64,000 nt of DNA, taken from assembly GCA_950097015.1 (NCBI GenBank), contig CATNEN010000003.1, forward strand, positions 7,626,001 through 7,690,000, in the 5' to 3' direction. Position 1 is the first letter of the stretch, and each line of letters opens with the position of its first letter. The stretch is from Macrostomum hystrix (lineage: Eukaryota > Animalia > Platyhelminthes). Of this stretch, positions 12,926-23,500 are shown one piece after another. The notes below the pieces were generated by a model. That model saw only the letters and a program-made list of their open reading frames with translations. It was not told where the DNA came from and ran no database searches. A program made the translations under genes and the position numbers.

Positions 12926-14549
12926 CTATCTGTGCCCGGTTGTTGCCTGCGAGCTGGCGTCAACAGACGAGGACGAGGAGCGCCTGTGGTGGTGGTGTAC
13001 AAGCGAGGAAGTCGGGTAAAGCTTGTACCAGCCGATGACGACGTTTGATAACTCCAGTTCGTCAAGCATGATCTGGCACACGCCCATAAATGCCTTGCGA
13101 TCAATGCGACCGTAGTCACCCCAGACTGTCACCTGCGAGTGATTAACGGAAATTATTTCCAGCTACGATTCTGCATGGCTACGGTTCCAGCTACGATTCT
13201 AGCTTTGATTCTAGCTACGATTCTACGAGTTATTTAGAATTTATTATCGCTCGTAGCTACGATTCTAGCTATGATTCGAATTATGATTCCATCTACGATT
13301 CTAGCTACGATTCTAGCTTCCATTCTAGCTACGATTCTAGCTACGATTCTAGCCACGATTCTAGCCACGATTCTAGCTTCCATTCTAGCTACGATTCTAG
13401 CTACGATTCTAGCTACGATTCTAGCTACGATTCTAGCTTCCATTCTAGCTACGATTCTAGCTACGATTCTAGCTACGATTCTAGCAACGATTCTAGCTAC
13501 GATTCTAGCTATGATTCGAATTATGATTCCATCTACGATTCTAGCCACGATTCTAGCTACGATTCTACGAGTTATTTAGAATTTATTATCGCTCGTAGCT
13601 ACGATTCTAGCTATGATTCGAATTATGATTCCATCTACGATTCTAGCTACGATTCTAGCTTCCATTCTAGCTACGATTCTAGCTACGATTCTAGCCACGA
13701 TTCTAGCCACGATTCTAGCTTCCATTCTAGCTACGATTCTAGCTACGATTCTAGCTACGATTCTAGCCACGATTCTAGCTACGATTCTAGCTTCCATTCT
13801 AGCTACGATTCTAGCTACGATTCTAGCTTCCATTCTAGCTACGATTCTAGCTACGATTCTAGCTACGATTCTAGCAACGATTCTAGCTACGATTCTAGCT
13901 ATGATTCGAATTATGATTCCATCTACGATTCTAGCCACGATTCTAGCTACGATTCTAGCTTCCATTCTAGCTAAGATTCTAGCTACGATTCTAGCTATGA
14001 TTCCAGCTACGAATCCAGCTACGATTCTAGCAACGATTCTAGCTACGAATGCAGCTACGATTCCAGCTACGAATCCAGCTACGATTCCAGCTACGAATCC
14101 AGCTACGATTCCAGCTACGATTCCAGCTACTACGAATCCAGCTGCGATTACAGCAACCACCAAAACTCTGAAGTTCAAAAATTACATCAGAATGTCTAAC
14201 CTGCAGTGTTTTTCCTTTGTAGTTCTCCAGGAAGACCAGCTGCTGCTGATAGAGCGGATCCAAAGTGCGTCTAGTGACGGTGGTTTTCTGCTTCTCAACG
14301 CATGTCTTGGCCTCTAATAGGTAGACTTTGACGTAGGGCGCAGGCAGCTCTTTCGCACCCTTCTTAGCGAAAAGGCCGCGAGCTCTGATCACCTCAACTT
14401 CGAGTCGGCCTTTCCTGTTGAACAGACTGAGCTGGATTTCGCCTAGGCACGGCGTGCCGAGAACTTGTCGGCCAACAAGTTGACCCGGGCCGAGACCTTC
14501 AACAAACTCCGTCAGTTGGCCTTCGGGGGGCGGCGCACTTGTGCTAAGG
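12926..14549 (-). CDS. RIM: RIM C2B domain exons (14549-14201, 13132-12926)
   Basis: LEVEVIRARGL..LPAPYVKVYLL..KQKTTVTRRTLDPLYQQQL..LQ|VTVWGDYGRIDRKAFMGVCQIMLDELELSNVVIGWYKL. Confidence 0.96.
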
Positions 14550-17500
14550 CTGAAGGAAAGTTTTTTTAAAATAAACATAATCAAGGGAATTATCACAATG
14601 ATATTCTTACTGCGATTCTACCAAAGAATCGTGCTGCGATTCTAGCTAAAATTTAAGTTGCGACTACAGCCTCGCCACTTCTGCAATCTTCACTACAATT
14701 CTTGCTGCGTTTCTATGTGCGATTCCTGCTGCGTTTCTAGGTGCGATTCCTGCTGCGATTCTAGGTGTGATTCCTGTTGCGTTTCTATGTGCGATTTCTG
14801 CTGCGTTTCTAGGTGCGATTCCTGCTGCGTTTCTAGGTGCGATTCCTGCTGCATTTCTAGGTGCGATTCCTGCTGCGATTCTAGCCATTAGTCCTGCAGC
14901 GATTCTACCATAGATTTCCGCTGCGATTCGACCAACGATTTCTGCTTCGATTCCAGCTACGAATGCTACGATTCAAGCTGCGATGCCTGCTGCGATTCTA
15001 GCTACTGCTCCTGCTGCGGTTCGACCAACGATTTCTGCTTCGATTCCAGCTACGAATGCTACGATTCAAGCTGCGATGCCTGCTGCGATTCTAGCTACTG
15101 CTCCTGCTGCGGTTCTAACAACGATTCCTGCTGCGTTTCTACCAACGATTCTTGCTGCGTTTCTACCAACGATTCCTGCTGCGGTTCTAACAACGATTCC
15201 CGCTGCGATTCTTCCAAAGATTCCCGCTGCGATTCTACCAACGATGCTGCGATTCTTCCAAGGATTTACGCTGCGATTCTACCATCAAGTCCTGCTGCGA
15301 TTCTACTAACGATTCCTGCTTCGATTCCAGCTACGAATGCTACGATTCAAGCTGCGATGCCTGCTGCGATTCTAGCTACTGCTCCTGCTGCTGTTCTAAC
15401 AAAGATTCCTGCTGCGTTTCTACCAACAATTCCTGCTGCGGTTCTAACAACGATTCCTGCTGCGATTCTACCAAGGATTTCCGCTTCGATTCTTTCAAGG
15501 ATTTACGCTGCGATTCTACCAACGATTCCTGTTGCGATTCCGCTAACGATCCCGCTGTGAATCTACCAACGATTCCTGCTGCGATTCTACCAACGATTCC
15601 TGCTTCGATGCTAGCAGCAATTCTTGAGGTGATTCTAGCTACGATATCTGCTGTTATTCTAGCTGCGATTCCTGCTGCGGTTCTAGCATCGATGACTGCT
15701 TGGATTTTAGCTACGGTTCCTGCTGCGATTCTAGTTGCGATGCTAACTCTGATGCCTGCTGCGATTCTAGCTTCGATTCCTGATGCAATTCTATCTCAAA
15801 TTTTAGCTGCGACTCTAGCCTCGGCTTTAGCTGCAATTCTGACTACGATTCTAAAAACATTCCCGTTAATGTGGCAGCTTACAGATAGGGATCCATGCTT
15901 GGCAAGCTTCCATCACTTGAGTCTTGCGCCTGAAACTGTTGCGGCTGCTGCTGCTGCTGCTGACTACGGCTAGAGCTTCCCGAAATTGGTCGATTCGAGC
16001 TCATCGGATCGCGAGAGCAGCTGCCGGGCGCCTGCAGACTCGGCGGCAGCACCTCTTCAGATCGTTGAAATGTGCCGCGTTGCTTGCGTTCTGAAAGAAA
16101 AAATAAAAAAACACTTCAATTTGGGTGTACTTTTACTGGCTAGAAATTGCGGACGTCTCACCGAGGTTATTAGCTGATGAGCTTTTCCGATTTAGGCCGG
16201 GAATAAAATTGCTGAACTTTTGTCCCATGCTGGCCCGGCGGCTCTTCTCGGAGCGGGCTCCACCGGCGCCGCCGCTGCCACCATCGCTGGAGTTGCCTTC
16301 GCCTGACGAGATCTTACGATTGCGCGAGCCGGTTCCTCCACCGCCGCCGCCGCCGCCTCCGCTCGCACCGCCACCATCTGTGCCAGCAGCGCCGGCGGTT
16401 GAAGACTTCTTTCGATGCCGACGATCGCTTTGAGCCGACACTGTTGACATCTTCGACAGCTCGGAGGCGTCCGAGTTCTCCGACACGTCGCTGACGGCGC
16501 CCATCTCGACATCGTCCGGCTGCGGCATCATTAGCCGATTCGGCGTCGCCGGCGCTGACGGATGCTGAAAGGGCCGATGATAACAGCCGGCGGGTGGCGA
16601 GTCCTCTGCAGCCGCTGCCGCGGCAGCGGCCGCCACCGAGAGCCGGTCAAACGGCGGTCGGACAAGATGGCCGGTGGCGGCTCTCGCAGCCGCGCCAGCC
16701 GGAACCTGCGGCAGTTGACGTTTTCGCATCGCGGCCGCGGCGGCCGCCGCTGACGCAATGCCACCAGCCGCTCCGCCGACGAAGTCGCCAGCCGAGGCTG
16801 ACATCGCCGACGAGTTCGGGCTCATGCCGAGACCGTGGGTCCCCGTTGGCGGCTCTGGTAGGCCTCGGCCTGGGTGATGAGGGCGTCTGATTAGCGCCGT
16901 ATTGTCTTCCGAATGAACTATTCAAACTGGGGTAGAATCTCATCAGACTTGGGGTAGAATCTCATCAGACTTGGGGTAGAATCTCATCAGACTTGGGGTA
17001 GAATCTCATCAGACTTGGGGTAGAATCTCATCAGACTTGGGGTAGAATCTCATCAGACTTGGGGTAGAATCTCATCAGACTTGGGGTAGAATCGCATCAG
17101 ACTTGGGGTAGAATCTCATCAGACTTGGGGTAGAATCTCATCAGACTTGGGGTAGAATCGCATCAGACTTGGGGTAGAATCTCATCAGACTTGGGGTAGA
17201 ATCTCATCAGACTTGGGGTAGAATCTCATCAGACTTGGGGTAGAATCTCATCAGAATTTGATAGAATCCAGCAGTTTTTAATATTTTTTTTTTATATCTT
17301 AGAACCTTTTAATTACTAAATTATTGTTTGACTAGCGGGAACAACCTCATTTGATAAGACTTGGATAGGGGATTAGAATCCCAGCATTCAATTCAGGTGG
17401 ACATAAACTATAAAATGGGAAAACTCTTGTCGAGCCAGATTTCTATTCATTCTTTTGTTGTTTATTTTCTATTATTCCCGGAAAGCTATAAAAGTCGATA

Positions 17501-20500
17501 ATGAAAAACAGGAATGAATAAGAAAGTCAATTATTTTAATCAATGCAAGGTAAGGCATTGATTAAAATGCATTGCCAGCATAATTGTATTGGAATGTCTA
17601 TCAAGAATCTTAGCTTAATATTTAATCAGTTTCTAGTCAAAAGACGTGAAAGATTTAGAAAGACTATTAGTGAATGAAAGAAGAGAGAGAAATACATGTA
17701 CATAGAATCACCTTGTAGTAACACCGTGGCAGTTGTTTACCTGCCCTGCAGGGTTCAGGCTAATTAAACAGTATCACAAGCTAATTCATGCGTAGACTTT
17801 CCAAAATCAGTAGGCAAATCTAAACATGTCAACCTCCGTTGTGTATCAAAACGATATCCGGTAATAAAAAAGCTAATAAAAATGAAAACGTGAACTTCGT
17901 TTTAGAATTGGTCCAAAATACGAGTACGATTTTGGAACCACTCTAGAGCTCTGCAAGTGATTCTGTAACCACTCTAGAGCACTGCAAGTGATTCTGTAAC
18001 CACTCTAGAGCTCTGCAAGTGATTCTGTAACCACTCTAGAGCACTGCAAGTGATTCTGTAACCACTCTAGAGCTCTGCAAGTGATTCTGTAACCACTCTA
18101 GAGCACTGCAAGTGATTCTGTAACCACTCTAGAGCTCTGCAAGTGATTCTGTAACCACTCTAGAGCACTGCAAGTGATTCTGTAACCACTCTAGAGCTCT
18201 GCAAGTGATTCTGTAACCACTCTAGAGCTCTGCAAGCGATTCTGTAACCACTCTAGAGCTCTGCAAGTGATTCTGTAACCACTCTAGAGCTCTGCAAGTG
18301 ATTCTGTAACCACTCTAGAGCTCTGCAAGTGATTCTGTAACCACTCTAGAGCTCTGCAAGTGATTCTGTAACCACTCTAGAGCTCTGCAAGTGATTCTGT
18401 AACCACTCTAGAGCTCTGCAAGTGATTCTGTAACCACTCTAGAGCTCTGCAAGTGATTCTGTAACCACTCTAGAGCTCTGCAAGTGATTCTGTAACCACT
18501 CTAGAGCACTGCAAGTGATTCTGTAACCACTCTAGAGCTCTGCAAGCGATTCTGTAACCACTCTAGAGCTCTGCAAGTGATTCTGTAACCACTCTAGAGC
18601 TCTGCAAGTGATTCTGTAACCACTCTAGAGCTCTGCAAGTGATTCTGTAACCACTCTAGAGCTCTGCAAGTGATTCTGTAACCACTCTAGAGCTCTGCAA
18701 GTGATTCTGTAACCACTCTAGAGCTCTGCAAGTGATTCTGTAACCACTCTAGAGCTCTGCAAGCGATTCTGTAACCACTCTAGAGCACTGCAAGCGATTC
18801 TGTAACCACTCTAGAGCTCTGCAAGCGATTCTGTAACCACTCTAGAGCACTGCAAGTGATTCTGTAACCACTCTAGAGCTCTGCAAGTGATTCTGTAACC
18901 ACTCTAGAGCTCTGCAAGTGATTCTGTAACCACTCTAGAGCTCTGCAAGTGATTCTGTAACCACTCTAGAGCTCTGCAAGTGATTCTGTAACCACTCTAG
19001 AGCTCTGCAAGTGATTCTGTAACCACTCTAGAGCTCTGCAAGTGATTCTGTAACCACTCTAGAGCACTGCAAGTGATTCTGTAACCACTCTAGAGCTCTG
19101 CAAGCGATTCTGTAACCACTCTAGAGCTCTGCAAGTGATTCTGTAACCACTCTAGAGCTCTGCAAGTGATTCTGTAACCACTCTAGAGCTCTGCAAGTGA
19201 TTCTGTAACCACTCTAGAGCTCTGCAAGTGATTCTGTAACCACTCTAGAGCTCTGCAAGTGATTCTGTAACCACTCTAGAGCTCTGCAAGTGATTCTGTA
19301 ACCACTCTAGAGCTCTGCAAGTGATTCTGTAACCACTCTAGAGCTCTGCAAGCGATTCTGTAACCACTCTAGAGCTCTGCAAGTGATTCTGTAACCACTC
19401 TAGAGCTCTGCAAGTGATTCTGTAACCACTCTAGAGCTCTGCAAGCGATTCTGTAACCACTCTAGAGCTCTGCAAGTGATTCTGTAACCACTCTAGAGCT
19501 CTGCAAGCGATTCTGTAACCACTCTAGAGCTCTGCAAGCGATTCTGTAACCACTCTAGAGCTCTGCAAGTGATTCTGTAACCACTCTAGAGCACTGGAAG
19601 TGATTCTGTAACCACTCTAGAGCTCTGCAAGCGATTCTGTAACCACTCTAGAGCTCTGCAAGTGATTCTGTAACCACTCTAGAGCACTGCAAGTGATTCT
19701 GTAACCACTCTAGAGCTCTGCAAGCGATTCTGTAACCACTCTAGAGCACTGCAAGTGATTCTGTAACCACTCTAGAGCTCTGCAAGCGATTCTGTAACCA
19801 CTCTAGAGCTCTGCAAGTGATTCTGTAACCACTCTAGAGCACTGGAAGTGATTCTGTAACCACTCTAGAGCTCTGCAAGCGATTCTGTAACCACTCTAGA
19901 GCTCTGCAAGTGATTCTGTAACCACTCTAGAGCACTGCAAGTGATTCTGTAACCACTCTAGAGCTCTGCAAGCGATTCTGTAACCACTCTAGAGCACTGC
20001 AAGTGATTCTGTAACCACTCTAGAGCTCTGCAAGCGATTCTGTAACCACTCTAGAGCCCTGCAAGTGATTCTGTTACCACTCTAGAGCTCTGCAAGCGAT
20101 TCTGTAACCACTCTAGAGCTCTGCAAGTGATTCTGTAACCACTCTAGAGCACTGCAAGTGATTCTGTAACCACTCTAGAGCTCTGCAAGCGATTCTGTAA
20201 CCACTCTAGAGCACTGCAAGTGATTCTGTAACCACTCTAGAGCTCTGCAAGCGATTCTGTAACCACTCTAGAGCTCTGCAAGTGATTCTGTAACCACTCT
20301 AGAGCACTGGAAGTGATTCTGTAACCACTCTAGAGCTCTGCAAGCGATTCTGTAACCACTCTAGAGCTCTGCAAGTGATTCTGTAACCACTCTAGAGCAC
20401 TGCAAGTGATTCTGTAACCACTCTAGAGCTCTGCAAGCGATTCTGTAACCACTCTAGAGCACTGCAAGTGATTCTGTAACCACTCTAGAGCTCTGCAAGC

Positions 20501-23500
20501 GATTCTGTAACCACTCTAGAGCCCTGCAAGTGATTCTGTTACCACTCTAGAGCTCTGCAAGCGATTCTGTAACCACTCTAGAGCACTGCAAGTGATTATT
20601 TTATGACATTAATACAACTTTCCGGCGTCCTTCGAGACGTGCAACCGCTGTGCGTTGTAAACCCGTACAACAATCCGACGTCGAACGACTTTCCTGACGT
20701 CATCGACGTACAGCGACGCTGGACGTCAGAAAGTCGGCCGACGTCGAATTGTTGTACCGCAAATTCGAAATTTGAAGTTGCAAAACGACTTCAAAACTGC
20801 TAAGGAATGCATATTTTATCCCTCTAATAAACTTTCACCCTGCCATCTAGGCGTCGGTTGTCTGTCATCTCTTACGTATACTATTTTATTGCCAAGGACC
20901 GTTCCCAAGGTACACTCTCTCACGCGCACACATTAACTCACCTCGCAACGGAACAGATCTGTAGAAGTCTGCCTGTCTATCCGGGTAGGACATCTGAAAA
21001 ATGCGAAAAAATTCTGCTTGGACTATCGTATAGATCAGATCAAACAGGCTGATCACGATCTCGCTGACTTCAGTAGTCAATTTGGCAGTTCGTGTGCTTC
21101 AGTTGACTCGTTTTCAAAGAAATTCGTTGAGCTAGCAAAAAAATCTAGTCCCGAGACTGTTCTATAAGCTTTGACACAAAAATGGAATATGCCGAAGAGA
21201 ACACAAAAATGACCGCAGCAGACAGAGACAGTGAGAGGTAGGGAGACAGACAGAGGGGAGAAAGAGAGAGCGAGGGGGATAGACTATTTGATGGAGGGAG
21301 GTTGGGGGGTTAGTCGCTGCGGACACGAAAGTGAAGTGAATGCAGGGATGTGGTGGCCCGCGAGAACTATAGGCACCGAGTTAGAAGGCTAAAGCTGCTG
21401 CGGCTTTGGGTTTTGCAGATGGGGGCGGTTGGGGAAGGACGGTTTTGGGGTGGTTGTTGGCGGCCTACAACCTGGGTTGCCATACACTAATATAAGGAGA
21501 GCGAAGGATTGAGTATATAGCTAGGAAGGAAAAATGGTATTTCCATCCTCAACCGTGCTGCCCCTGCGGGAAGAAGGAAGGCTAGGAAACAGAAAGAGAA
21601 GGTAAGGGTGTGGTAGACTCATGACGAGGGTGGAGCGCTTGAAGTGCATCGGGATCTGCCTAGTCGAAGTGCTCAGAATCAGTTTGAGTTTAAGCCAGTC
21701 TCTCTACCCCCCGATCTCGGTCCAGTTCATATACCTCACTATCGTCCTATCCGACTGTCTGTCCGCCTGTCTCTCATATAGCCACTTCGTGCATCCAATC
21801 TACTATTTGGGGAGGGATGAAGAGGAGAAGCTGCAGGCTTGGGCGCGAATCTTGAGAACCCCTTTCTTTCCCTCTCTTGCTCTGAGCACTTTCCAGCATC
21901 CCTCTTCATCATAGACCCCCCACCGAACGGATCGAACGGACACAGGCGAAAGTGTGTGGTAGAGAAGGAATTTATAAGAGAGCGAAAGTAGCGAGAAAGA
22001 GAGAGATGAGGCAAGGGAGAAGAGAAAGGGGAGAAACGAGAGGCGATGTCTGGGGCGGTAAGCCGAGAGGAAAATGAGAAAGACGAGGCTATGGGTGATG
22101 TACGGGACTGGTCAAACTGAGCAGACTCTCTTATGCCCTTCCTCAACTGTGCGCTAGTCTCCACCCTCGCAGAATACGGGGAGGCATAGAGGAAGAGTTT
22201 TTTCTACCGCAGCAGCAGCAGCAGCTGCAAAGGCTGCAGCAAAACTGATTGACCAACCAAGCCGCTAGATAGCGCTATTGGTGTAAAGCATTTTTGTCTA
22301 GATTTGTGGATCAATCAATTTATGCCCGTATATAAATTTCCTTGCTGTTGTAAAAGTACATGTGTACAGTCTCGAATATATGGACTTATAAAAAACCGGA
22401 TAAAATAGTAGTATTTGCTTGATCAGAAAAGCATTTTTAATAGTTTTTTATAAGGGTACGTTAGATTTTAACAAAAAAATAAATTGATTTGAATGTCGAG
22501 TCTCACCAGGGTAGGGGTTGCAGGCCGTCGCTGGCTGACCAAGTCGTACCACATTGGTTCATCCTCCAGGTCGCATGCTGATAGCGGAATAACCACCTAT
22601 AGGAATCAATAGATGGTTTCTAAGTCACTATTTTAGATAGCAACTTAAGTGACTTTAGCACACGCTGGGTCAGTGGCAGAGTCGTCTGACTCGTTTGCCT
22701 CTCGCACCAAGGTCCTGAGCTCGATTCCGCGGCGAGGCCACATTCATTTGGTGACCCAGATACAGTACGCAGACATACGCTCACACAGTTGTGTACATCT
22801 GCCCTGACTTTCTCATCGTCGTTTGGGTTCGGGAGGTTGGCCCCTCAAGGGAGTAAATTTCACGACAAGCCCCCAAGCCTTCTCTCCGCGGCTGCGCGCA
22901 AATGAATGTGGCATCGCCGCGGAATCGAGCTCAGGGACCTTGGTGCGAGAGGCAAACACGTTAGACCACTCTGCCACTCACCCCTCCTTTAGGTTGGCAA
23001 ATTATTTTATACGCTACATATTATACGGTCGATACTTACCTCGCCAATGACGTCTGGAGCGATCATGAAGTCTTGATAATCCATCACTTCGATCTGCAGG
23101 CTAGTGGTTAACAAATCCGATTGCAACAGTGGAGCGAATGTGAACAGTTGACACCAGCTGGGTTCGCTGTTCTGGTGAACGGTCTTTGATCGACGCTTGT
23201 CACTGAGTAACGATTTCAATGTTGGTTCTTGAAGAAGACAGTCTTGAATCAGGCGGAGGGCAGAGAGGAAAAGAGAGGCGTGGGGGACCACCTCCCTGAA
23301 GATTCAGAGGAAAAGTGAGTGAACACACCTGAAGCCCTGAAGAATCAGAAGGGAGGAGGCGGGGCATAGAGGACCACACCTGAAGCCCTGAAAAAAACAG
23401 AAGGAAGGGGGTGGGGCATAGAGGACCATACCTGAAGCCCTGAAGAATCAGAAGGGAGGAGGCGGGGCATAGAGGACCACACCTGAAGCCCTGAAGAATC

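Noticed and set aside
13234-15973. ILAT/IVAR/PAAIL-repeat ORFs resembling membrane or antifreeze proteins
   Set aside because: They lie within RIM introns and are translations of 12-bp repeats.
16125-16890. Plus-strand GC-rich ORFs overlapping RIM
   Set aside because: They are antisense shadows of the GC-rich RIM exon 16886-16162.
17936-20597. CRISPR-like array (31-bp repeats)
   Set aside because: The units are head-to-tail with no unique spacers, there are no cas genes, and the context is a eukaryotic intron.
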